From Camelus ferus (lineage: Eukaryota), in the NCBI RefSeq assembly GCF_009834535.1, contig NC_045699.1, positions 37,634,001-37,698,000 on the forward strand: a stretch of DNA of 64,000 bases, written 5' to 3'. Below are positions 37,790 to 50,079 of this stretch, one piece after another (position 1 is the first letter of the stretch; each line of letters begins with the position of its first letter). The notes below the pieces were generated by a model. That model saw only the letters and a list, made by a program, of their open reading frames with translations. It searched no databases and was not told where the DNA came from. The translations under genes and the position numbers were made by a program.

Positions 37790-38187
37790 CCAGCCCCTGC
37801 ATGACTGTTATTTGGAAATGAGTACGGTTCAGCTAAAGCTCCACGCACCGAGGGGCACATGACTTCCCACTCGCTCCTGTACTTCTGAAGGAACAGGGAA
37901 TGACCGGGGCTAGGAGTGTCGAAGGAAGGAGGAAGCTACAGCCTACAGCTGTCCATTGTCTCTGCTGGAGGGACAATGCTCAGAACTGAAAACAAAAGGC
38001 AAGTGCCTCTTCCTTCCTTCTGCCTTCCACTCTCCTTCTTTTGCGCCCCATTTGCAGAACATCACTAGAAGCCAGCTGACTACAAAATGTAGAACATTCA
38101 GTTGCAGAGCCTCATCTCCAATATAAGAAAAAAAGGATTATGAAGACTGGGTTTGCAGCTGAAGGGAAATAGGTAAATGATTAGTAC
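37790..38187 (+). mobile_element. Possible ERVL LTR (LTR40-like)
   Basis: End resembles recalled LTR40 wording (gttgcagagcctcatctcc...gggtttgcagctgaag...aatgattagtaca). Family uncertain. Confidence 0.35.
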
Positions 38188-38229
38188 AGTGATGAGAATA
38201 GGCAGGGAAATTTGAGGAAATTCTGGAAG

Positions 38230-38600
38230 ATGGTACGGTCGATGATGACAAAAATAGCCTCAATGTTTCATTCTTCCTTTTACCCACACCCTTTGCAATA
38301 AGACCTATCTACTGCTCTCATCAAGACATGAATCTACATCTTTACTTCTTAATCTTGTCTGGTTTTGTGATTTGCTTTGACCAAAAGGATATGCTGGAAA
38401 GGGTAGAGTGCTCATTTCAAGCCTAGGTCTCACAGGGTCTTGTGTGCTTCTGCTTTCCATCTTCAAATACTGCTGCATCCATGAGAATAATCCCAGAAAC
38501 TCCTACTGGAGGATGGGAGACCACACAAAGAAGAGATGAGTCATCCCCACTGAGGCCATGCTAGACTATTCAGCTCCCAGTTAAATTTAGGACCTTGTCT
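38230..38600 (+). mobile_element. MaLR LTR (MLT1G/H-like)
   Basis: tgtgatttgctttgaccaa...aagcctaggtctca...ctggaggatgggagaccac...catccccactgaggccatgctagac. Confidence 0.6.
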
Positions 38601-39437
38601 TAAACATTCAAGAAAAAGGGAAGCTATGCCTAGGAGTCAACTTATACTTTTATTTACTTTGGCACATTTGTCAGTCAGCTCCATAATCACGAAATTCGAA
38701 GGGAAGCCTGTCTGTAAATGCCCTGTTCTTTGTACAGAGCCTGTAACTAATGCTCTCTTTTGTGGAAACAGAATCACACTACTGCAAAGGAATTCCATTT
38801 CAGCTGAGTCTAATTATCAACCTATGAAACAAGAACCTGAGATGACCAAATGTTTCAGAAGTCTCATAGCAAGGATGAAAAGAATAAACAAACCAAAAAA
38901 TTTAGCCTAGGGGAAAATATGTAATTCAGTGAATAGTCTAGAACTTCAGAATATAGTCTAAAAAGAAGCTTTTATCTTCATAAAGTATATAAAAGCTGTT
39001 ACAAAGAAATAATAGCTGATATTAATAACATAGGTATTAAATAACAGATTCATTTGAAGGGTGGCAAAATAAATATTTAGTCTAAAGATTAACCTACAAT
39101 CAGGAAGAAAAATTGAAAAACCTGTTTCTAAATTAAATTCAAAGTGAATGTAAAGAAAATACAAGAAAAAAAGTAAAGACATATGGATATTTGATTTTGA
39201 ACTTCAAGTTCTACCTAATAGGAAATCAGATAATAGTCATAATGGGAAGGAAGAAACAAACAAAACTTGATAGAACAATATTATCTTGAATTTTAATTTT
39301 TCAATGGAAAGTTTTGAAATGGGAAAAGCCTATTGAAGGTCAAGAAGGATAAATAAAAGATTCATAGTAAGATACAACCTTGTGCACTTGTAAATTGCAA
39401 GTATAAAGAGAATAGTCTGAAACCGTCTAAAAAGAAA

Positions 39438-39514
39438 CATATACATATGTGCACATTGCACATACACGTGCATACACACGCACACACAAACACACATACA
39501 CACACACACACACA
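39438..39514. repeat. Degenerate (CA)/(TA) alternating purine-pyrimidine repeat
   Basis: Direct reading. Confidence 0.9.
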
Positions 39515-39699
39515 CTGCCAGAAAAGTGATGAGACTCATCCTAATTTTATATTCCTGCTGAAGACAAGAAGATGGTGCTTTAAAAGTTCTGATCAAAAAT
39601 TATTTTGAACAGAGTCCTATACATAGATCCACTTGTGTTGAGAAAAAATAAAAATATTTTCTTACAAGCCTTGAAATATTATCACTCATGTGCTATTTT

Positions 39700-40030
39700 T
39701 TGAAAACAAAACCACAGAATGGTGTATTTCAACAAAAATCTTAAAAAGAAAAAGATCATGAGATACAAAAATACAATTGTCTTTATAACCCCTGACTAGG
39801 ATGGCTATAACCAAAACAATGAACAATAGCAAGTGTTGGTGAAGAAGTAAAGAAATTGGAATCTTCATACATTGCTAGTGAGAATGTAAAATGATGCAGC
39901 TCCTTTGGCACAAAGAAATGAAAAGATAGCCTGTGCTCTTAGACTGGAAGAAATAATATTGTTAAAATGTCCATACTACTCAAAATAATCCACAGATTTA
40001 ATGCAATCCTTATCAAAATATGTGTGATTT
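39700..40030 (+). mobile_element. Rearranged L1 ORF2 3' relics
   Basis: ctaggatggctataacc...gcaagtgttggtgaagaa...catacattgctagtgagaatgtaaaatgatgcagc, then aaaatgtccatactac...cagatttaatgcaatccttatcaaaat. Confidence 0.65.
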
Positions 40031-42679
40031 GAAATGTACATAATAAATACTAAAAGGAAAGATGATGTTGAAGAAGAATGACTTCTGTGCCTTTTAGTGA
40101 AATCACGTCTAAAACTAGTGGGACTGATTTAAAATCAAATTTAAGCATTGACTCCTACTTCTTTCTCTTTGATGACTTCGCATCAGCCCAACCAGATGAC
40201 TTTAGAACATTTCTGGTTACAGAATAGCCTGTATCAGAGCCAGCAGGAGCCAGACCCAGTCGCAGATGTTTCTTGCTGAAGAACAATCCAAAAGGGCTAT
40301 AGAGGGCAAGGGCTGCCAAGTCCTCTGGTCACTCAAAGAGGAAAGAGAAAAAAGGGAGCTTGGCAATCAAAGGGCCCAGGGTGCCACTTGGTGTGTGTGT
40401 GTCTGGGGTGTGTAGATGCCACCTGGGTTCTCAGACTTTCATGCAATCATCCTGTGGCTTGAGTAGCCATGCTTCCAGAGCAAAAGCTGATGAAAGAGGA
40501 AGGCTAAGGGAAACCATACGTCCTGTAATAATCAATAACACATTTCACTGCCAAGTGAGAGATGTGCAGCTGTTCAAGAACTGTTTCGTTCCTTAAAAAT
40601 AAAACTTGGGTTTACAAAAATCTGAATTTATATTTACCTGCATGTCACTCACCTTTTTATAAACAAAGGTCACTTGTCAAACTAAGATCCTGATTGCTCA
40701 GAGGTGTTTTATCATATATATTCAACTGTTTTACTTTTTAAGCATAAAATAAAAATAAAAATATAAAAATTAATAAATATAAATATTAAAAATAAGCAAA
40801 GACCCTATCATGAAGGTATAAACCAGGGAATATATATTATTTTTTCTAACCTGCCAGTTCTGTGAAACCCACTTATGATGACAACTTGAATTAAAATCTC
40901 ACTTTAAAAAAATTCATTACATCAATTTCTTCTTACCAAATCAGTATCATCCATACTGCCAACCATGATGTATAAACTCCAAATGGCTCAAATTTCTGTT
41001 TATCTGCCTTTTCTTTTTCCATTTACTTCAACAGGACTTTCAGGCAGAACACATTCTTTTGTATGAGTAAAACTCAAAAAGTTTGACACCTGGGCAGTGA
41101 TTGTTATTTTGCATCTCTCTATAGTTTGGGTCTCCAAATAGTTGCTTTTAAGATGCATCAAGTTATTTACAGAACCATTATTTGCCACTTTCTCATTGCT
41201 AGCTTTAATTACAATATATGCATACTTGAAGACTTTATATGAATTGGTGAAAAATGCTTTTAGTTCTACCTTTACAAAACATTCATTGTGCAACTCTGAG
41301 CTTTCAGAGAATGTGCTACAATGTCAGAATTTTATGCAAACACCATCAGATTGCACATTTTAGTAAATATCGTGTTTTATCTTTTGGCAACTGCAATCTT
41401 ACTTAAATATTGTATCTTCTGAAATACCTCTATGTGTCCTTACCTGGGCAGAGTCAGAAATGAGTTTTCAGCTAAAACATTCCAAGACAAAGTGTCCTAC
41501 CAACAAGCTATTTGCTCAAAGTTAGTTAAACATTTGAAGAAGTCGCTTTGACTCTTTCAGTAGTTAGATCAGAATCTTTAAGCACAGACATTTTTGCAAA
41601 TATAGTTTACATATGCTGATTGGAGATTTTAAATACTTATTTTTTTATTCTGACATTTTTTGAAGGCACAGATCCCTAAAGAACAGATCAAGAAGATCTA
41701 AAATAATTTAATTTTAAACTGTTTAAAAAAAGGGATCCCTTCACTAATATTAAAATCAAGGAGATCCCAATGCCTAACTTTTCCTTCCTTCCCCTAAACA
41801 TTTCTGAACCCCTCCCCTACCATGTATCAGTTCAGTGTACACCATCCTTTGCTTAATTCAAAAATTTATTTCCCTAAATAAAAGTGACTCCAAGTTTGCA
41901 GATATTCACCCTGAGGAGTAAAGAGAAAATTTCCCTTTTCTCTTGGATCTTTCAGGTGGTAACCACAGACCCAGTCAATACAAGGCACCTCTTAAGAGAA
42001 TCACATTCTAAAGCAACTTGTGTAAAAATGTACTGGCTTTGTGTGGAAAAAGCAAAGAGGCATAGATGCTTGTTACCTGAGATCAAATATACAAACATTG
42101 CTAGCCTCGGTTTCCTGGTAAAATATCACATTTTTAACTTGTTTCATTAATCCACTTGCTATTTTTCTCCCTGATTTTAATTTTGCCTTTTCAGTGCTAA
42201 AGGTTAATGATATTTCACTTCTGCTAAAGCATAAGGAGGCTGCACAGGGGTTATCTCTGCAACTCTTCCCAATGTAATGTTCATCATTTCCTCTCCCCTC
42301 ACATCAAGGCCAAGGTTCTGCTGGCATCTTCTGTGAAAACGCACGAAACTTCAGGAAGATCCTTTCTCATAAAATCAATTACAAATCTCCGTTCTAATCT
42401 CACAAACTTTTTACAGGGTCTTATTTTGTTACATGAATGACATAAAATTAAAAAAAGAAAGTTTCTCAAAGCTATGTCTACATATGTACACCAAGATAGA
42501 GAACTAAGTAATTACCAAAATACCTGGATGTCAAAGTAACTTTATAAGGACTCTTCAGACAGTGAGTCAACAATTATTGAGTATTTTTGTTTTGAATATA
42601 TCAATACCTGCTTCCACTTCACTTTCCACACGTCTCTGAGGTCTGAGGTTGATGAAAACAATCAGAAAACTGTTGCACA

Positions 42680-43280
42680 CCTCTAATCCCAGGGCACGGG
42701 GCTCGCTTTACACACGAGACCTACCCTTCACTGGAGTGAAGTGGGCATACTATCACGTACAATAGGGTGTAAGCATGTGTTCTGGTTAAAAAAAATTGTG
42801 AATTTGTAAGCGTAAGTTTTTAAAACAATACCTCTGCCCCGTCTTGTGCGGCCCCGGGGTGGATATATGAAAGCAAGGGCTGAAAGGCTTCACCTTTACA
42901 AAGTCTGGGCTTTTCCTCCTTGGTTTCAAGATAGACCCATAAACAAGGGCTTTTTATGGTGCCTGAAGCCGGTGTCTCACTGAGCATCAGTGATTAACAG
43001 TATTGTGGTTGCTAAAAGAGAAAAGGGGGTTTTATTTATATGCTGTGAGATCAGCACAGACCTACCCCACTGTGTCAAAACGGGGTGAATGCAGCAGAGC
43101 ACACTGGGTGCTGTGTGTCTCATCCTGGGCTCCTGGTTCCCCCAACTGCCGCGCCCCTCTAGTGGCTGTACTTATTGGGGCTTGTGAGGACTCCACGAGT
43201 CACTGACTTGCTGACTGCCAAGTGGCCTAGTTTGTGTAAATATATCGTGCTGGTCTTTCTCCATGCTCTTTCGGGGATTT
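42680..43280. promoter_or_regulatory. CpG-enriched, motif-dense candidate enhancer/promoter
   Basis: 15 CpGs counted in about 580 bp, visibly above background. Contains an inverted CCATAAA/TTTATGG pair, AGATAG, CAAAGTCTG, TGATTAAC and a CTCF-like site. No repeat recognised. Confidence 0.45.
43151..43165 (-). promoter_or_regulatory. CTCF-like motif
   Basis: Minus strand CCACTAGAGGGGCGC matches the first 11 positions of the core CCASYAGRKGGCRS and has one extra G before CGC. Confidence 0.4.
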
Positions 43281-44670
43281 ACTGTTTGCAAACTTCTTTT
43301 TGCATCAAGAGAAAAATAGGCAAAACATCTTTGACAAAAAGTCTTGCACTAGAAAAAGGACTCTGAAATAGAAGCTTGAGCGCTCTTCTTCTCCAAGTGG
43401 CACCTTGTGCCATCCTCTCTTTTCTCTTCCCCCTTTCCTGCTGCCTATTTTGGACCAGATCTTCTGTCCTGAAAAACTGACTTCTACCCTACACCTGCCT
43501 TCATGCCCTCCCCTCAGAAGCCCACACACCCATGTACACAAACATTTAATCTGTGGGGTATCTCCACAACTCTTAGGTGAGTTGTGCAAAAATCCCGAAA
43601 AATCTAGGAATACTCCATCCCTTGTTCCCAACCTCATGAGTCACGAGCATTCCTTGATGAGATTCATGCCAGACACTTACACTGCTGTAAATCTGGATGG
43701 ACCAAAAACCTACTTTAATCTCTACTTCTAGGGAAGAGAAAAGTAATGAACAGGTCAGCCATACAGAAACTGGGGTCAGGAAACCAAGAAAGGGAAAAGA
43801 ACTGTGTATCCACGTAACTCAGGAACTTTTACGCAGGTGCAAGAAACATGTTCAAAATGGCCACAAGATGGTTTAATAGAAGACAGACAGATGTAACTCC
43901 ATGCTTATTACTAGAAATCATAGCTTTGTGTGGAATCTTGAATTTATAGGGAAAGAAGATAGAAAAAGGCTATATCTATCTCTTCTCTCCCTGAACTTTT
44001 CCTGTCATCCCTGAACTGCAGAAGACTGAGCCACCTTGGCTTTGGTGACACTACCCTTGGGGAGTTTATTTGATAGTTGGTTTTGCTGTGATGAGGACTT
44101 CCTTTCCCATCTGCCATCGTTTTATAACACACATGCTGCCTCTTTTCCCTTTCCCTCTATTTTTCCAGGGAAGGTACAATGAATAAAGACTTACTGATAC
44201 TGGGAAAAACACAGTGAAGTGAATGTGCTCAAGAAGACATTGTTGAAGACTGTAGAAAGAATTTCTATATTGAGTTTTGCTAAATTCCCCAAAGCCCCTG
44301 TCAACTAACCACAAAGATTCCAAAATCCCCGTTACATAGGCTAGGACCAGAGTAGTAGAAAACAATTCAGGTAAGCCTCTTTTGGGCTCCACTGGGTGTT
44401 ACAGTAATGTGCTCTCTGTCAATAACATCTGGAATTGTAGCCCCTACAATTATTATGCCTTGGTCATAACTCTATCATGCCATAAGACAAAAACTGGCTG
44501 AATACTATTACTAGAGGTAGGGATCTTTACATATACATTTTCCTAAGCAGAATTTCCTCTATGATTATGTGTTTTAATTTCAGTATGAATTACCTGTGTG
44601 CACACATGTGCATGCTTGAATTCTTTCAAAGTGTACAGAAGGAGATATGCAGGTGGCATTTCATAGACTA

Positions 44671-44734
44671 TTTCTTCTCCTCCTCCTCTTTCCCCTCTCC
44701 TTTTCCTCCTCTCCTCCTCCCTTCTCTTCTTTTC
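44671..44734 (+). repeat. 64-nt pure pyrimidine (CCT/CT-rich) tract
   Basis: Direct reading; the tract runs into the acceptor CAG at 44734-44736. Confidence 0.95.
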
Positions 44735-44736
44735 AG

Positions 44737-44757
44737 CTAATGACAGAATCAAGTTCA
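44737..44757 (+). other. Candidate 21-nt microexon (CTAATGACAGAATCAAGTTCA)
   Basis: 64-nt pyrimidine tract + CAG acceptor, then TCA|GTAAGT donor; length divisible by 3. Confidence 0.3.
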
Positions 44758-45941
44758 GTAAGTTGCATTTTAGGCATGACACCCTCAGCCTAGGAGCCTG
44801 AGAGGTCATAGCCTGATATAATTCATTATATTTGTAAGGAACAACCCCCCCCCCAAGTCATCAATGATTATTTCACAAAGGACTATTTTATGATTACTCA
44901 TGGGATAAATTTTTATCAGGTCTCAATCTTCACAGCAAGGTTGTGCTTCATCTTTGGTTATGTTCTGATTTTTTTGAAATGTATGAACTATAGGAATGTT
45001 TGATTTATATTTCTCCCTTTTGATCGACTACCAGAAATCTGAGACAAACTGGTGACCCACTAGTCATAGCTTCCCTTTTAGATAGTAGTTTACCCTAGCT
45101 TTATCTTATTCTTTGACCCTTACCTTTCCATTTGCTAATCTACACACTTTTCAAAAAAATCCATTAGATTTAGTATTATCATCATAAAAACTTGTTGAAC
45201 AAGTTGGACATAAATAAATAAATAAATAACTTGTCATATGAATGTGTCATTCTGGACTGTCCAATACATACTATGAAAAGTTTACACAAGCCTGTCGTAG
45301 AATCTACAAGAAAGTTTTAAAATTAGTATTTTTTCAGAACAACTTACAGTAGTACCATGTACTTATTTTATACTCATCTTTTTCATCATGGTCACTTTAT
45401 CTCATGACCCACCTTTTCCTCCTTAAATGCTGGCATATTTCTGCCTATCAGGGCAAAGATGCTTCTGTCAGACTGAGACTCCGTGTAGTCTCCATGTGTG
45501 TCTGCACATTACTCTATAAACTGTATTCTCAAAGAGGGAAGTAAAGGGCCCTTTAAATTAATCCCCTGCCTGTTGAAAACACTAGACTCGGCAAATTCAG
45601 ATACAGAATTCACAAGTCCTCCTCACTCTAAAATCCATGTAATGAACTTTATGACCATTATAACTCTATTATAGGCCATGCACGCCCACAATTCAGGAAA
45701 CAGGAAAATGGTAGAATTTATGCTGTTCTTGTCTTTACACATCCTAACCAATCAAGGGAAGCCAAGGAAAATGTTTTAAGAATTGCAAACAGACAAGAGT
45801 CAATCACTTTTTTAGGAAAGCTGAATTGTTTCTTATGGCTTCTTTATAAAATATTTTTTCAACATGACTGATTACTGATTGAAAGTAATTCTAGAGAAAA
45901 GCAGTTGCTTATTCTGGATATGAAGGGGATAAAGCCAATAG

Positions 45942-45978
45942 CTTACATTCTGTTTCTTTCTTTTACTTACAGGTAAGT
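45942..45978 (+). other. Recursive-splice-like site (branch point, pyrimidine tract, CAG|GTAAGT)
   Basis: gCTTACattctgtttctttcttttacttacAG|GTAAGT, with AG at 45971-45972 and GT at 45973-45974. Confidence 0.35.
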
Positions 45979-48900
45979 GGTTATTTGCTTATTTAACAAA
46001 GCTAATGTAACTAGGATGAAATACGTTTCCCCTTTGGGGCATTACACTTTTCTATAAAAAAAAAAATCAAAGAAATTTAAATGTGGTCTCAATTAAATGC
46101 ACTGGCCCAGATTCCAGGGCTGAGCTAAATTTCTCAAATGATAGTTCACATAGTTCAATCTTCCTGAGGTGTATTATTGTGTAGGGAAACAGGCTAAGAG
46201 AAATTTCAACACGGGTAGACTTCAGGGATGTAGTAATAGTTCCTGAATGACCATCAAAATAGAAAATGGTTTGAGGTGCAGAAGGAATTTAACTTAAACT
46301 TCTTTACATAATATGCACAGGATAGAGGATTCTGCACAGGTTCCTTTAGGAGAAAAATCCCAGACAAAGTAATAATAAAAAAACACTCGCATGAGAATGA
46401 TGGCTGACAAATTTCACCCAGTACATACTATGAAGTTGAAATCCAAAGTGACTGTTAAAACCACCTTCCTTTTGATTAAAACAGCAGCCTTCAATAAACA
46501 TCACATTGAATCTTCAAATCACTGGTCATTATTGTTAATGCTGTTTATTCATTTTTTAAAATTCACTTTGTGATCATTATGTTTTGACTCCTCCTCTATC
46601 ACTGCCACTTCTCTGGGCTACAAAAGCCAATGCAGCTTTCCCTCATTATTCCAGGCAGTGTTACTTAATGTCAGCTTCAAAAATGGAAGCACACAAGGAA
46701 AAAAATGTTCCTGCTGTGTCTGTCTTGGTTCCATAGCCTTACAAGGTTGATTCGTATGGAAATTCAAACCATAGGAATAACATTACAGTGAAAGAAAGAT
46801 GCAGAAAATTGATGAGTAGAGGGTTAGGTCATTGCATTCACATCTATCCCACTGCAGATGAAATTTACAATTTAAAAGACAAACCCTATAAATTCAGCCA
46901 TGAGGATGGATAGGCAGAGATTCTGGCTGCCCCTCTGAATGGGGCAGATATTTGAATTCCTGAGTTGTTTTTTACCCACAGAGATAGCACCATAGTGTTT
47001 TATTTAATTGTTTCTCATAATATCAGCTGCCTGAAGGTAACACTTCTACATATTATGATAAATTATGGAAAATACCATATGTGGTTAGACTAGTAGTGTC
47101 TTAATGAGCAGATATAAGCAGTAGGTATGTTAATACTTCTCTGTCAGTAATAGGAAAAAATAATCTGCAGTAGCAAAGTTTCTCTGTATCTCCTATGCTT
47201 CCACATTACAGTTAATATAAATTTTGATGGCCTTTATATGAGGTACTTTTTTATGCAATGTGGTGGTGTGTAGGCTAGTTTGTGCAATTTGGTTGCAAAT
47301 TCTCTTTAAAATTGGCTGAAACACAGCTATTACCACGAAGGAAGGCCATTAAAAGGCAGATATTTCTAGAATGCAAGCTGGAACGGGATGATTAACAAGG
47401 AAAATGGGAAAATTATTTGTACAGGGATATCTCACACTGTAAGTGAGAAGGGTAAGCACCTGATCTTTTCAAAACTTCACATCACTTTGTATAGTTACCT
47501 GCTTGAATTGTAAATATATTTTCATTCTGTTGAAAACCTCTTAGCCAAACAGTAAATCATGCTAGAGGTGAACATGTCACCTTCTCACCACGGTTTGTCA
47601 TTTTGAATATCTGTCATCAGCAAGGGTACAGTTTCCCTTATAGTACTCACATTTAGAAAATTCTGCATTTTAATGTTACCCAAATTAAAATAAGTATTTT
47701 TTCTGAAATGGGTGTTTTTTTTAAAAAAATCACTCTATTTATACTCACTAGATACTCATTGTGCCTCAATATGAAATCTCTATTTTTCCCCAAACACGTA
47801 CACACCACCCAAACCAATTTTTTTTCTGTCTTTTTCAATGTTTTTGAAACTGAGCATAAGAGAGAAGAAGCAATCAAATGAAAAGTAGTTTCAGGACCAT
47901 GGGGTGTCACTTGGGGTTTGTTATTCCCCTTGGGGCCCAACGTATATTTTCCTAGTCAAGTAGCATACAAACATAAGCAAGCTTAATCGTCTTACCTGGC
48001 ATTTTATGAAACTGGGCATATTACTACCATCTCCCTAAGTGTGCAAGGCAATCCACCATGGTAAGAACAGCATTTGAGGAGGCAATAACTTTCCAAAGTC
48101 AATAGGAGACACCTAATCTTGTTAGAGCAAAAGAAGATCAACTTTATTCAATGTTGGATTGATTAATTAGACAAGAATAGGATTGCTACAGTGGACAGTG
48201 AAGTTCTAAGCATCTTAAGAGTAGATAGGATAATTTTCATGGAGGGAGCTTTGGAGAGTGCATTGCAGGGGAAGTTTTTATAAAGAAGCACAAAAATGAG
48301 ACCAAGGAAACAGAGAAATAGCCAACTTGAGATAGAGCAAACATTACACAAAGGAAAGTTTCAGAGAAAGAAGAAAGAAATAAAATCAGGGAGTGGGTGC
48401 TTTTCAAGTACAACCTAGCCATAGATTTTTCAAGCAGATTGTTAATTTCCAGACAAAAGTTCTTTCAAACTCCCAAGCTCCCATCACAAGGTTGTTCTAA
48501 CTTGACGTGGTTAATAAGTCATCTATCCATCTACCTATCTACATATGTATTTTTAGTATGTCTTCATATAAAAATGAAAACATACTAAAGACATTTATGT
48601 AGATTACAATTTCAACATGTTTGTTATTCAATACTATCCAAGTTCTAGTATTTTAAAACATATATCTAAAGTTGAAAGAAGTTAAGTTTTAAATAAAAAA
48701 CATTTTCTTGGAATTAGTCAGAATAAATCAATGGGGAAATTATCAAATGAAGCTTTTGATTTTCAAAATATTAGAAGATAACTGATATAATAGAAATCAA
48801 TAAATAGTTTTTGTAATACCCTAATTCAAGTGTTTTTAATTGCTGAAATACAGTTCATTGTATTACTCAATGTAACAGACCTGTATAAACAGGACTGTCA

Positions 48901-49800
48901 TACATTAAAATGGAAAGAAATCACACCAAAACACTCAACATTCTACCCAGCATAGAAACTTAATTTAGCAAAATTATTCATAATATTAAGTATAAAAGGA
49001 AGTGATGACTCAAAAGCCCAGGTCTTATTTAAATGTTCTGTGTGCTATGTTCCATATTAACATACATAATAATACCATTAACATACACAGTAAGTCATCA
49101 CTTTATTTTGTCCTTCTTATTCATAATGACAATGACTTAATTGTTCTAATTTGTTTTTTATAATGTTTCTTAAAAAGCATATAAATCAGGGTTCAGTTAT
49201 TTCTTATAGCAAATAATTCATCTGTGAGATAATTTTTGTTGTCCATTTTAATCCAAATGGACATTACATCTCATGAGCTTTGTTTGACTGTCTGCCAATG
49301 TTTAAATGTGTTCTGCAGTCAAATGGGCTTAGGAAATGATTCCCCACAGTATGAAGCCTGGGGCACGGTTATGGGATTTTGGCTACACACTGGTCACCAC
49401 AAAAGAGCATTGGAAAGAGGAACAGAATTTTGTTAGTATTAAGTGCTTGATTTCATAAGCATTAAAAAACAAATCAGACATATTGTTGCAATACACTTGC
49501 ATAATGCACGCAGGCAGATGAATAGAGATATCAAACCAAGAAATAAATTAACATGAAATTATTTTCTAATATATGTACATTCACAGGGTGTAGGCAACAG
49601 TAAATACTTAATTGTAAAGAAGAATAGACTTTGTAATTGTGATAAATCTAGACCCAGAGAAAAGCTAAGATTTACTGAATGTTAGAGTAAATGTATTTAA
49701 TACTTTGTTGAAAAACCCCATTTTGCATTTGTTATTTTCAGTCACTATGCCAGGCACCAGGGATAACAATATGAGCCTTCATGAAGATCATCACCTAGAT

Positions 49801-49977
49801 CAATGGTTCTCAATATTCAGTTCCCAGACCAGCAGCATCAGCATCACCTGGGAAATGGTTAGAAATGCAGATTTTTATGCAACACTCAGATTTACTGAAT
49901 CAGAAAATCTGAGAGTGGTACCTAGTACCTGTATTATAATGGACATTTGAGGTGATTCTGATTCATTAGAACCACTG
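49801..49977. mobile_element. MER5A hAT-Charlie MITE
   Basis: caatggttctcaa...cccagaccagcagcatcagcatcacctgggaa...ttagaaatgcaga...tactgaatcagaaa...ggtgattctgat...agaaccactg. Confidence 0.9.
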
Positions 49978-50079
49978 ACCCGGGTCATCATTCTAATCTC
50001 TCAGGTGAGGAAATTCAGATGCATATTAGGAGGTAATTTGGTAGTATGGATTAAAACTAAGGCTTGAGAACCACCAGTC

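Noticed and set aside
47996-48112. Minus-strand 117-nt exon-like unit (CAG|GTAAGA)
   Set aside because: Stops in all three frames, with no other support.
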